This document shows, piece after piece, positions 54,595 to 63,619 of a stretch of DNA of 64,000 bases. Within the stretch, counting starts at the first letter, position 1; each line of letters opens with the position of its first letter. The position numbers and the translations under genes are program-made. The DNA is from an uncultured Microthrixaceae bacterium (GTDB taxonomy: Bacteria > Actinomycetota > Acidimicrobiia > Acidimicrobiales > DATDAH01), in NCBI GenBank assembly GCA_963845425.1, contig CAWJSC010000012.1, positions 10,352 through 74,351 on the forward strand, read 5' to 3'. The notes beneath the pieces are model-generated. The model was not told the origin of the DNA. It ran no database searches and saw only the letters and a program-made list of their open reading frames with translations.

Positions 54595-55278
54595 ATGGCC
54601 GAGCCGCAGACCACTGCCCCCTCTCGGCTCGAGATCCTGAAGGCTCTGGGCGAGAACACCCGATACGCCATCTACCTGGAGCTGGCCCGCTCGCCCCGCC
54701 CGCTGGCCACCGCGGAGATCGCCACCACGCTCGACCTGCACGCCAACACGGTCCGGCCCCACCTGGAGCGCATGCGTGAGGTCGGCCTGCTCGACCAGCG
54801 CATCGACAACAACGGCGGGGTGGGCCGGCCCCAGCACCTGTACTCGCTGGCCCCCGACGCCCCGTCGCTGGGCCTCGAGCCGCCGGCCATGCCCGCCCTT
54901 GCCCGCATGCTCCTGTCGGTGGCGGCCGAGGCCGGCCTCGACGGCAACGACGCCACCGCCGCGGGTCGGGACCAGGGGGCCCGGGACGCCGAGGGCTACC
55001 CCGAGCACAGCCCGTGCATCGAGGCCCTGATGACCCAGCTCGAGTACCTCGGGTTCGATCCCGAGGCCACCGGCGGGGCCGACGGGGTCACGATCGCCTT
55101 CACCCACTGCCCCTTCCGGGAGCTGGCCGAGGCCAACCCCGATCTCGTGTGCGGCCTGCACCGGGGCATGGTCGAGGGCTTCGTGGGCGGCCTCGGCACC
55201 GGTCAGGTGGGTGCGTTCCGGACCCTCGTGGACCGGGTGCCCTGCCAGACCGACGTGGTCGAAGTCGACATTCGGTAG
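54595..55278 (+). CDS. ArsR-like HTH regulator with Cys-rich C-terminus (SufR-like)
   Basis: LHANTVRPHL, GRP..LY, HCPF..LA..P.LVCGLH, distal Cys. Confidence 0.82.
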   Translation: MAEPQTTAPSRLEILKALGENTRYAIYLELARSPRPLATAEIATTLDLHANTVRPHLERMREVGLLDQRIDNNGGVGRPQHLYSLAPDAPSLGLEPPAMPALARMLLSVAAEAGLDGNDATAAGRDQGARDAEGYPEHSPCIEALMTQLEYLGFDPEATGGADGVTIAFTHCPFRELAEANPDLVCGLHRGMVEGFVGGLGTGQVGAFRTLVDRVPCQTDVVEVDIR

Positions 55279-55312
55279 ATTCGTTGCGAACACACGTGCA
55301 GGAGGACCGCCA

Positions 55313-55633
55313 GTGATCACCGTCACCGACAGTGCCGCAGCCAAGGTGAAGGAGCTCCTCGAGCAGGAGGACGAGGACAACCTCGCCCTGCGCGTGGCCG
55401 TCCGTCCCGGCGGCTGCTCCGGCTTCAGCTACGAGATGTTCTTCGACAGCGACGTGTCCGACGACGACACCAAGGCCACCTTCGGCCAGGTCGAGGTCAT
55501 CGTGGACGCCTCCAGCGCCATGCTCCTCGAGGGTGCGACCCTCGACTACAAGGACGGCCTCAACCAGGCGGGGTTCGCCATCGACAACCCCAACGCCCAA
55601 CGCACGTGCGGCTGCGGCCAGTCCTTCAGCTGA
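55313..55633 (+). CDS. A-type Fe-S carrier (HesB/IscA/ErpA family)
   Basis: GGCSGFSY, NPNAQRTCGCGQSFS; AGGAGG RBS. Confidence 0.93.
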   Translation: MITVTDSAAAKVKELLEQEDEDNLALRVAVRPGGCSGFSYEMFFDSDVSDDDTKATFGQVEVIVDASSAMLLEGATLDYKDGLNQAGFAIDNPNAQRTCGCGQSFS

Positions 55634-55642
55634 GTCCCTCCC

Positions 55643-56542
55643 TCAGGCGATCTGCTCCAGCGCGGCCCGGAGTTCGACGCGGTCATAGACGCTGTCGAGG
55701 CGGGTGACGACGGTTCCGGTGGCGTCGACCAGGTAGAGGGTCGGCTCGAAGGTCAGCGCGAACTCGTCGGTGATCGGGGCCAGCCCCCCCGCGGTGGGGT
55801 CGTCGTCGCCGCGAGGGTCGGCGTAGACCTCGGCGTGGACGCCCGTGATGGTCGGGTAGTCGGGTAGGGCCTCGATGAGCAGGTCCAGGACCGGCCCGCA
55901 GATGGCCGTCTGGCAGAACTCGGGGGTGGCGATCGACAGCGCCACCGGACCGGTCCCGAGCACGTCGCTCAACGACACGGCGTGCAGGTCACAGGCCGGT
56001 GTCCGGGTGCAGATGGGGTCGACCCCCCGGGCGTCGGCCGTGGTCGGCGTCGCCACGACGGGCAGGGGCTGGCCGACCAGCGGGAGCAGGGCCGCCTCGC
56101 TGATGTCGAGGGTGACGGCGTTGAACCCGGGTTCGCCCACGACGGTCAACTCATGGATGCCCGGCGCCGTGGGGGTGAAACGGACGGGGTAGTAGGGCGT
56201 GGGGACGCCGTCGGTGTGGGCGTCGACGGTGACGACGGTGGGCTCGCCGGCGTCGGTGCGGATCTGGAAGTCGCGGGGTCCGAGCCCGTCGCGTACGGGC
56301 ACGCCCTCGGCATCGGCGATGGCCAGCGGCACCCGCTGCTCGCCGTCGGCGGTGAGCACGCCCTGCTGGGGGAGCAGGACCAGCAGGGTGCCCGTCAGCT
56401 CGTCGCTGCCGGTGGCGGTGCTGTCCGCGGTGGCGCCGTCGGTCTCGGCCGAGCCCCCGTCGTCACCGCCGCACGCGGTCAGGAACGCCAGCGCAGCACC
56501 GCCGGCCAGCACGGTTCGTCGGGATACGCCAGGAGCCGTCAT
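55643..56542 (-). CDS. Tat-exported lipoprotein with thioredoxin-like C-terminal domain
   Basis: SRRTVL twin-Arg, lipobox LTAC, ICTRTPAC, TPEFCQTAICGP, EP.LYLVD..G. Confidence 0.72.
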   Translation of the reverse strand: MTAPGVSRRTVLAGGAALAFLTACGGDDGGSAETDGATADSTATGSDELTGTLLVLLPQQGVLTADGEQRVPLAIADAEGVPVRDGLGPRDFQIRTDAGEPTVVTVDAHTDGVPTPYYPVRFTPTAPGIHELTVVGEPGFNAVTLDISEAALLPLVGQPLPVVATPTTADARGVDPICTRTPACDLHAVSLSDVLGTGPVALSIATPEFCQTAICGPVLDLLIEALPDYPTITGVHAEVYADPRGDDDPTAGGLAPITDEFALTFEPTLYLVDATGTVVTRLDSVYDRVELRAALEQIA

Positions 56543-56567
56543 CGGGGTCGGAACCTATCCTCAGGCG

Positions 56568-58115
56568 GTGAGCGAGCCGCCGCGTCCCCTCCTCCAGTTC
56601 GAGGTCGACGACGTCCAGGTCGAGGTCCCCGACGACGGGTCCTCTCTGCTCGAGGTGCTGCGGGACCGTCTGGGCCTGCGCTCGGCCAAGGACGGCTGCA
56701 GCCCCCAGGGGCAGTGCGGTTGCTGCACGGTGCTGGTCGACGGCGCCCCGCGAGTGGCCTGCGTGACCCCGGCCCGGCGCGTCGCCGGTCGACGCATCAC
56801 CACCCTGGACGGCCTCGACCCCGCCGATCGGGACGCGTGGGCCGACGCCTTCTGTGCCACCGGGGCCAGCCAGTGCGGCTTCTGCACGCCGGGGATCGTG
56901 CTGCGCCTCGAGGGGGCTCGCCGCAAGGGCGCCGACCTGACCGACGAGGCCACGGTGGACAAGGCTCTGGCTGCGCACCTGTGCCGCTGCACCGGGTGGC
57001 GCCCGATCCACGAGGCGGCCCGATCCTTCGGAACGCCGGCCCCGGAACGTGACTTCGACGCCGCCGCCCGTCGGGCCGAGATCGAGGGCGGCGGCCCGCA
57101 GCGGGTCGGTCCCGATGTGGCCCGCGGTGCCGGCGGCTTCGCTGACGACCGCGCCCCGGCCGACGCATTGGTGGCCGTGCCCGACGGACAGGGGGGCTAC
57201 GCGGTCGGCGAGACCTTGAGCGAGGCCCGCCAGGCGGCCGGCAAGGTGCAGGGCCGCCGTACGACCGTCGAGCCCGCGCCGCCCCTGGACGTCCCGGAGG
57301 GGCACTGGGACCTCACCCTGCGCACGAGCTGGGTCGAGCCCGCCTATCTCGAGACCGACGCCTCGTGGTGCGAGCCGGGGGGTGAGCCCGCGAACCCGCT
57401 GGCCAACGGTGGGGCCTTCGGGGGAAAAGCGGACTCGCCCGTGGCCGCCGCCGCCCGCCGCCTGGCCGGCGAGCACGGGCGGGCGGTCCGGGTCCTGTGG
57501 GCCCGGGAAGACACGGTTCGCCTCGGTCCCAAGCGACCGCCCATCGCCGCCGGCCTGCGGCGGGACGGCACGGGCGTGGTCCGGGTGGTGCGCACGCCGG
57601 GGGTGGCCGAGCGGCTCGCCGCGGCCGGGTTCGAGGTCGAGGAGGTCGAGGTCCCGGGCCCGCCCACCTCCGTGGCGATCCGGGGGGCGGGCTGGGTCGA
57701 GGCCGCCGTCCTCCTGGCCGGCGCCCGGGGTGAGATCGGCTGGATCGACGCGCCGGGGGGTGGCCGGGCGACGGCGGCCGTGGTCGACGGCGGCCTCCAG
57801 GTGCGGGTCGACGCCGGCGAGCCCCTCGACGAGGTGGTGCTGGCGTCCTATGCCGTCGGGGCGGCGCACATGGCGCTGAGCTGGGTCTGCTCGGAGGGCC
57901 TGGCGGTCGACGGCGAGGGCGAGGTCCACGACCTGACCGTGCGTTCGTTCGGGATCCTGCGGGCGGCCGACATGCCCGCGGTCGACGTGACGGTCGAGCC
58001 GTCGACGGCGGTGCCCGTCAACGGGTCCGACGCCGTGTTCGCCGCCGTGGCCGCGGCGGTCTGGCTGGACCAGGGGTGTCCCCGCGAGTGGCCGACGGGC
58101 CACCGCTACCGCTGA
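56568..58115 (+). CDS. 2x[2Fe-2S] domain fused to a shortened xanthine-dehydrogenase-type Moco-binding region
   Basis: GCSPQGQCGCC..C, QCGFC, HLCRCTG; EPAYLE, GGAFGGK; GTG after a TATCCT -10 box. Confidence 0.8.
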   Translation: MSEPPRPLLQFEVDDVQVEVPDDGSSLLEVLRDRLGLRSAKDGCSPQGQCGCCTVLVDGAPRVACVTPARRVAGRRITTLDGLDPADRDAWADAFCATGASQCGFCTPGIVLRLEGARRKGADLTDEATVDKALAAHLCRCTGWRPIHEAARSFGTPAPERDFDAAARRAEIEGGGPQRVGPDVARGAGGFADDRAPADALVAVPDGQGGYAVGETLSEARQAAGKVQGRRTTVEPAPPLDVPEGHWDLTLRTSWVEPAYLETDASWCEPGGEPANPLANGGAFGGKADSPVAAAARRLAGEHGRAVRVLWAREDTVRLGPKRPPIAAGLRRDGTGVVRVVRTPGVAERLAAAGFEVEEVEVPGPPTSVAIRGAGWVEAAVLLAGARGEIGWIDAPGGGRATAAVVDGGLQVRVDAGEPLDEVVLASYAVGAAHMALSWVCSEGLAVDGEGEVHDLTVRSFGILRAADMPAVDVTVEPSTAVPVNGSDAVFAAVAAAVWLDQGCPREWPTGHRYR

Positions 58116-58133
58116 TTGGGTAGCTTCGCCGCC

Positions 58134-58484
58134 ATGAACAAGCCCGTGGGTGCCTACCGACCGATCGTGCGCGCCGGGGACTGGCTGGTCGTGTCCGGCC
58201 AGATCGGCGTGAAGGACGGGCACCTGATCGGCGGTGGCTTCCGGGACGAGGTGGCCCAGTCCCTCGACAACCTCGTCGGGCTGCTCGAGGGCGAGGGCGC
58301 CTCGCTGGCCGACGTCGTCAAGACCACGGTGTACCTGCGCCACATGGGCGACTACGGCATCCTCAACGAGGTCTGGCTCGAGTACTTCGGCGACGCCTTG
58401 CCCGCCCGGGCCGCGTTGGCCGTGAGCGAGCTGCCCCTCCACGCCCTGGTCGAGATCGAAGCCTGGGCCTACACCGGCGCATAG
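58134..58484 (+). CDS. RidA-family imine deaminase
   Basis: PVGAY, VSGQIG, VVKTTVYL, PARA, LP..ALVEIE. Confidence 0.9.
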   Translation: MNKPVGAYRPIVRAGDWLVVSGQIGVKDGHLIGGGFRDEVAQSLDNLVGLLEGEGASLADVVKTTVYLRHMGDYGILNEVWLEYFGDALPARAALAVSELPLHALVEIEAWAYTGA

Positions 58485-58497
58485 CTAGGATCGGGCC

Positions 58498-58653
58498 ATG
58501 GCCGGACCCGTCCTCATCGTGCTCGCCCTCCTGCTCCTGCCGGTGCTGATGATGATGGGCGGGGCCGTGCTGTCGGCCATCCTGGGCTGGTCGGTCAAGA
58601 CGAACGTGGACGCGGCCAACGAGGGCTCAGAGCTGCTCGACCTGAACCGGTAG
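58498..58653 (+). CDS. 51-aa small membrane protein (absent from the ORF track)
   Basis: MAGPVLIVLALLLLPVLMMMGGAVLSAILGWSVKTNVDAANEGSELLDLNR; high GC3; TAGGAT -10 box 6 nt upstream. Confidence 0.75.
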   Translation: MAGPVLIVLALLLLPVLMMMGGAVLSAILGWSVKTNVDAANEGSELLDLNR

Positions 58654-58677
58654 GACCCGTCCCTCGCCTGGGCCCGC

Positions 58678-58758
58678 GCTGCGGAGCGGAGCCCAGCAGC
58701 TCAGGTTGCTCGCCGCATCGGCGGAGCCGGCGGAGCGGAGCGGAGCAATGTGACGAGC
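58678..58758. repeat. interspersed repeat family B copy 2
   Basis: matches 36837-36918; abuts the glnR stop. Confidence 0.9.
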
Positions 58759-59471
58759 TAGCCGGCCCAGCGGGACTGGCCGAAGCGGTAGCCGACGGAG
58801 CGCACGGTCTGGATCAGGTTGGCGTGCTCCTCGCCCAGCTTGGCCCGCAGGCGCCGGACGTGGACGTCCACGGTGCGGGCCCCGCCGTAGTACTCGTAGC
58901 CCCAGACCCGGCTGAGCAGCGTCTCGCGGGTGAAGACCTTGCCGGGGTGTTGGGCCAGGAACTTCAGCAGCTCGTACTCCATGTAGGTGAGGTCGAGCGG
59001 CCGGCCGGCGATCAGGGCCTGGTAGGTCTCGAGGTTGAGCACCAGCGGCTCGTACTCCACGAGCTCGGCCTGGATCCCGCCGCCGGACCGCCAGAACTGG
59101 TGCCGCAGGCGGGCCTCCAGCTCCCGGGGGTGGAAGGGGGAGAGGCAGAAGTCGTCGTAGAGGTCTTCCCGCAGCTCCAGCTCGCCGAGCTGGGCGCCGG
59201 AGATGAGCAGCAGGACCGGGGAGACCGGTGTGTCCCGGCGGCGCAGGGCCCGGCAGAGGGCGAAGGCCCCTTCGGGGTCGGTGTCGGCACAGATGACCGC
59301 CCCGCCCCAGCCCCCGGCGGGCTCGTTGCGGGTGGCCCCCACCTCGTCGCCCACGGCCTTCCAGGCGAAGCCCGAGAGGTCCAGGGTCTGGACGAGGTCG
59401 GCCGGCGCGGGGTCCGGGAAGACCAGGACCGGCTCGGTGGCGGCGGCCGTCTCGGCAGCGCTCTGCGTCAT
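58758..59471 (-). CDS. glnR: GlnR-like orphan OmpR-family regulator with atypical receiver
   Basis: LDLTYMEYELLKFLAQHPGKVFTRE.LL..VWGYEYYGGARTVDVHVRRLRAKLG; next to GS genes. Confidence 0.82.
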   Translation of the reverse strand: MTQSAAETAAATEPVLVFPDPAPADLVQTLDLSGFAWKAVGDEVGATRNEPAGGWGGAVICADTDPEGAFALCRALRRRDTPVSPVLLLISGAQLGELELREDLYDDFCLSPFHPRELEARLRHQFWRSGGGIQAELVEYEPLVLNLETYQALIAGRPLDLTYMEYELLKFLAQHPGKVFTRETLLSRVWGYEYYGGARTVDVHVRRLRAKLGEEHANLIQTVRSVGYRFGQSRWAG

Positions 59472-59562
59472 CGGCTCTTCGCCTGACGGCTCATCGCCCT
59501 GCGGGCCTCTTCGGCCCGCCGAATGGCTTCGCCCTTCATCGACAAGAGCCTGCCACCTTCAC
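59468..59562 (-). other. multibranch structured insert carrying two overlapping mini-ORFs between glnA2 and glnR
   Basis: closing stem 59473-59479/59544-59550 with three internal hairpins; ORFs 59562-59536 and 59539-59468. Confidence 0.65.
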
Positions 59563-60917
59563 CAGACGGGGAGGTAACGAGCGAGCTCGAAGGGGGTGAC
59601 CTGGGCCTTGTAGGCGGCCCACTCGTTGCGCTTGTTGCGCAGGAACCAGTCATGGACGTGCTCGCCGAGCGCCTCGGCGACCAGGTCGGAGTGCTCCATG
59701 GCGTCGAGCGCGTCGGAGAGTGACTGGGGCAGGGGGTGGAGGCCCTCGGCGGCCCGCTCCTCGGGGGTGAGCTCGAAGATGTTGCCCTGCTGGGGGTCGG
59801 GCAGGTCGTAGCCCTCCTCGACGCCCTTCATGCCGGCGGCCAGCAGCACCGAGTACGCCAGGTAGGGGTTGCAGGCCGGGTCCGGGGCCCGGTACTCGAT
59901 CCGGGTCGAGGACTCCTTGCCCCGCTTGACCACGGGCACGCGCACCAGGGCCGACTGGTTGTTGCGGCCCCACGAGACGAACACCGGGGCCTCGAACACC
60001 GTCTGGGATCCGGTACCTGTGCCCTGCACGAGGCGCTTGTAGGAGTTGACCAGCTGGTTGGTCACGGCGGTGATCTCGGGGGCGTGGCGCAGGAGGCCGG
60101 CGATGAAGTGGCGACCGACCTTGGACAGGCCCATCTCGTCGCCCGGGTCGTGGAAGGCGTTGACGTCGCCCTCGAACAGCGACAGGTGGGTGTGCATCCC
60201 CGAGCCCTGCACCCCCTCGAGCGGCTTGGGCATGAACGTGGCGTACACGCCCCCCTCGAGGGCGATCTCCCGCACGACCAGGCGGGCCGTCATGATGCTG
60301 TCGGCCATCGAGAGGGCGTCGTCGTAGCGCAGGTCGATCTCGTGCTGGCTGGGGCTGTCCTCGTGGAAGCTGTACTCCACGGGGATGCTCATCGCCTCCA
60401 GGGTGTGGATGGTCCGCTTGCGCAGGTCCGAGGCCACGTCCGCGGTGGTCAGGTCGAAGTAGGAGCCGCTGTCCAGGGGGGCGAGGGGCGTGGTCGGATC
60501 GCCGTCGGCGAAGTAGAAGAACTCCAGCTCCGGGGCGCAGTAGAAGGAGTAGCCCCGCTCGCGGGCCCGGTCCAGGTTCCGGCGCAGGATGCCTCGGGGG
60601 TCGCCCTCGAAGGGGCTCCCTTCCAGGTCCTCGATGTCACAGAACATCCGGGCGGAGTTGTCGTCGGCCATCGACCACGGCAACAGCTCGAAGGTGTTGG
60701 CGTCGGGTCGGGCCAGGACGTCGGACTCCTGCAACCGCGAGAAGCCGTTGATGGCTGACCCGTCGAAGTGCATGCCTTCGGCGAACGCGGTCTCCAGCTC
60801 GGCGGGACTGATGGCGAAACTCTTGAGTTGGCCCAGCACGTCGGTGAACCAGAGCCAGATGAGTCGGACGCCGCGTTCCTCGACGGTGCGCAGCACATAC
60901 TCCTGCTGACGCTCCAT
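59559..60917 (-). CDS. glutamine synthetase-family protein (GlnA2-like)
   Basis: MERQQEYVLRTVEERGVRLIWLWFTDVLG, FDGSAI, QHEIDL, TFMPKP..GSGMH, RIEYR.PDPACNPYL. Confidence 0.92.
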   Translation of the reverse strand: MERQQEYVLRTVEERGVRLIWLWFTDVLGQLKSFAISPAELETAFAEGMHFDGSAINGFSRLQESDVLARPDANTFELLPWSMADDNSARMFCDIEDLEGSPFEGDPRGILRRNLDRARERGYSFYCAPELEFFYFADGDPTTPLAPLDSGSYFDLTTADVASDLRKRTIHTLEAMSIPVEYSFHEDSPSQHEIDLRYDDALSMADSIMTARLVVREIALEGGVYATFMPKPLEGVQGSGMHTHLSLFEGDVNAFHDPGDEMGLSKVGRHFIAGLLRHAPEITAVTNQLVNSYKRLVQGTGTGSQTVFEAPVFVSWGRNNQSALVRVPVVKRGKESSTRIEYRAPDPACNPYLAYSVLLAAGMKGVEEGYDLPDPQQGNIFELTPEERAAEGLHPLPQSLSDALDAMEHSDLVAEALGEHVHDWFLRNKRNEWAAYKAQVTPFELARYLPVW

Positions 60918-60967
60918 GGAGCCATGATGACGGGTGATCGGACGCCGTGGCCCCGTTCTGGGGCTCG

Positions 60968-61005
60968 TTCACATGGCGTTCACATTTGTGCAACCGCTCC
61001 GAAAT
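60968..61005 (+). promoter_or_regulatory. putative tandem GlnR boxes
   Basis: TTCAC-n6-TTCAC-n6-GCAAC-n6-GAAAT, four half-sites at 11-bp period, resembling gTnAc-n6-GaAAc. Confidence 0.65.
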
Positions 61006-61080
61006 CGGGCGCGGCGATCCTGTCCCCACCAGTGGCCGATGGGCGTTCCCACCCGGCCTCCCGAGACAACCGAGGTATTC

Positions 61081-62094
61081 GTGACTTACAGGGCTGAGTA
61101 CTTGTGGATCGACGGCAACGAGCCGACCACCGAGATCCGCTCCAAGACCAAGATCATCCCCGACGGTGGTGAGGTCGGCATCTGGGGCTTCGACGGCTCC
61201 AGCACCAACCAGGCCAGCGGTGACAACTCCGACGTGGTCCTGCAACCCGTCTTCACCTGTCCGGACCCGATCCGGGGTGGCGACAACATCCTGGTGATGT
61301 GCGAGACCCAGCTGACCGCTGACCTCTCGCCCCACCCGACCAACACCCGGGCCATTGCCCGCGCCGCGCTCGACAAGTACGGCGACCAGGAGCCGATCTT
61401 CGGCCTCGAGCAGGAGTACACGATGCTCGACCCGGCCTCGGGCTGGCCCTACGGCTTCCCGGCGCACGGCTACCCCGGTCCCCAGGGCCCGTATTACTGC
61501 GGCGTCGGCGCGGTGAAGATCGCCGGTCGCGACATCGTCGAGGAGCACACCACCATGTGCATCGAGGCGGGGTTGGCCATCTCCGGCACCAACGCCGAGG
61601 TCATGCCCGGCCAGTGGGAGTTCCAGATCGGCCCGGTCGACACCGTCACCGTGGGCGACCACCTGTGGATCGCCCGCTACCTGCTCTACCGCCTGGGCGA
61701 GAAGTACAACGTCGAGATCTCGATCGCGGCCAAGCCCATGAAGGGCGACTGGAACGGCGCCGGGATGCACACCAACTTCTCGACCAACAAGATGCGCGAG
61801 GACTACGACGCCATCATCACCGCCTGTGAGGCCCTCGGGTCCCTGGGCAAGCCCGAGGAGCACCTCACGGGCTACGGCGTCGGCATCGAGGACCGCCTGA
61901 CCGGCGCCCACGAGACCCAGCGCTTCGACCAGTTCAGCTACGGCGTGTCGGACCGGGGCGCCTCGGTCCGCATCCCGTGGCAGGTCGCCAAGGAGGGCAA
62001 GGGCTACATCGAGGACCGTCGCCCGAACGCCAACGCCGACCCCTACGTGGTCGCCGCCCTCATGACCAACACGGTCTGCGAGGCCCTCGTCTAG
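61081..62094 (+). CDS. glnII: glutamine synthetase type II
   Basis: AEYLWIDG, RSKTK, WGFDGSST.QA, PQGPYYCGVG, NAEVMPGQWEFQIGP, GDWNGAG.H, RLTGAHET, EDRRP. Confidence 0.95.
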   Translation: MTYRAEYLWIDGNEPTTEIRSKTKIIPDGGEVGIWGFDGSSTNQASGDNSDVVLQPVFTCPDPIRGGDNILVMCETQLTADLSPHPTNTRAIARAALDKYGDQEPIFGLEQEYTMLDPASGWPYGFPAHGYPGPQGPYYCGVGAVKIAGRDIVEEHTTMCIEAGLAISGTNAEVMPGQWEFQIGPVDTVTVGDHLWIARYLLYRLGEKYNVEISIAAKPMKGDWNGAGMHTNFSTNKMREDYDAIITACEALGSLGKPEEHLTGYGVGIEDRLTGAHETQRFDQFSYGVSDRGASVRIPWQVAKEGKGYIEDRRPNANADPYVVAALMTNTVCEALV

Positions 62095-62122
62095 GCCGCA
62101 CCGAGATCCCCCCAGAGCGTCA

Positions 62123-62164
62123 CAGCCCGGGGTTCGCCTGGCGGAAGGCGACCCCGGGCTGTTT
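62123..62164 (+). terminator. intrinsic terminator after glnII
   Basis: CAGCCCGGGGT(t)CGCC..GGCGACCCCGGGCTG followed by TTT. Confidence 0.65.
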
Positions 62165-62194
62165 CGCGCCCGAACGAGTCCGTAGGGTTCGCGC

Positions 62195-63619
62195 ATGCAA
62201 GAGCGCACGCCCGCCGAGGTCGTCGAGTACGCCCGGGAGGAGGGCGTGGAGATCGTCGACTTCCGCTTCTGTGACCTGCCGGGACTGATGCAGCACTTCT
62301 CGGTGCCGCTGCACGAGTTCTCCGAGGAGAGCTTCGAGGAGGGCCACGGCTTCGACGGCTCCTCGGTGCGGGGCTTCCAGGAGATCCAGGAGTCGGACAT
62401 GATCCTCCGGCCCGACCCCAACACGGCCTACCTGGACCCGTTCACGGCCCGGCGCACGCTGAACCTGAACTGCTTCGTCCACGACCCCATCACGGGTGAG
62501 CCGTACAGCCGGGACCCCCGCTTCATCGCCCAGAAGGCCGAGGAGCACCTACTGGCCACCGGCGTGGCTGACACCTGTTACGTGGGGCCCGAGGCCGAGT
62601 TCTTCGTGTTCGACGATGTCCGCTTCAGCCAGACCCAGCACTCGGCGATGTACTCGGTCGACTCGGTCGAGGCGTCCTGGAACACCGGCCGGGACGAGGG
62701 CCCCAACCTGGGCTACAAGCCCCGCTACAAGGAGGGCTACTTCCCGGTTCCGCCCATGGACCACTTCCAGGACCTGCGCTCGGAGATGACCATGGCGCTC
62801 GAGGCCCTGGACATCCCCGTCGAGGTCCAGCACCACGAGGTCGGCACCGCCGGCCAGGCCGAGATCGACATCCGCTTCGACTCGTTGGCCGCCATGGCCG
62901 ACAAGCTGATGCTCTTCAAGTACGTGATCAAGAACGTGGCCCGCCAGGCGGGCAAGACGGCCACGTTCATGCCCAAGCCGATCTTCGAGGACAACGGCTC
63001 GGGCATGCACGTGCACCAGTCGCTCTGGAAGAACGGCGAGCCCCTCTTCTTCGATGAGGCGGGCTACGCCGGCCTGTCGGACCTGGCCCGCTGGTACATC
63101 GGTGGCCTCCTGGCCCACGCCCCGGCCGTCTGTGCCTTCGCCAACCCCACGACCAACAGCTACAAGCGCCTGGTGCCCGGCTACGAGGCCCCGGTCAACC
63201 TCGTCTACTCCCAGCGCAACCGCTCGGCTTCGGTCCGCATCCCGCTCTACTCGAAGAGCCCGAAGGCCAAGCGCATCGAGTTCCGCTGCCCCGACCCGTC
63301 GGCCAACCCGTACCTGGCCTTCTCCGCCATGTTGCTGGCCGGCCTCGACGGCATCGCCAACCGCACCGAGCCCCCCGACCCGGTCGACCGGGACCTCTAT
63401 GACCTGCCTCCCGAGGAGCTCCGCAACGTCCCCCAGGTCCCCGCCTCACTGGAGGCGGCCCTGGACGCCCTCGAGGCCGATCGGGACTTCCTGCGGGCCG
63501 GTGACGTCTTCACCGACGATCTCATCGACACCTGGGTCGCCTACAAGCGCACCGCCGAGGTCGACGCCCTCCGCCTCCGCCCCCACCCCTGGGAGTTCCA
63601 CCTCTACTACGACATCTGA
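62195..63619 (+). CDS. glnA: glutamine synthetase type I (beta, adenylylatable)
   Basis: [43 protein letters not shown], adenylylation-site DLYDLP. Confidence 0.97.
   Translation: MQERTPAEVVEYAREEGVEIVDFRFCDLPGLMQHFSVPLHEFSEESFEEGHGFDGSSVRGFQEIQESDMILRPDPNTAYLDPFTARRTLNLNCFVHDPITGEPYSRDPRFIAQKAEEHLLATGVADTCYVGPEAEFFVFDDVRFSQTQHSAMYSVDSVEASWNTGRDEGPNLGYKPRYKEGYFPVPPMDHFQDLRSEMTMALEALDIPVEVQHHEVGTAGQAEIDIRFDSLAAMADKLMLFKYVIKNVARQAGKTATFMPKPIFEDNGSGMHVHQSLWKNGEPLFFDEAGYAGLSDLARWYIGGLLAHAPAVCAFANPTTNSYKRLVPGYEAPVNLVYSQRNRSASVRIPLYSKSPKAKRIEFRCPDPSANPYLAFSAMLLAGLDGIANRTEPPDPVDRDLYDLPPEELRNVPQVPASLEAALDALEADRDFLRAGDVFTDDLIDTWVAYKRTAEVDALRLRPHPWEFHLYYDI

Noticed and set aside
40961-58115. Selenoprotein genes, selC or selD near selAB
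   Set aside because: The Cys-motif proteins inspected (Mrp, A-type carrier, Tat lipoprotein, 2Fe-2S fusion) have ordinary Cys codons, and I recognised no tRNA-Sec or selD. Inspection was by eye only.
59472-59550. Hammerhead-ribozyme-like core (GAUGAG-stem-CGAA) upstream of glnR
   Set aside because: It reads GCGAUGA rather than CUGAUGA and GAAG rather than GAAA, so conserved catalytic core positions are missing.
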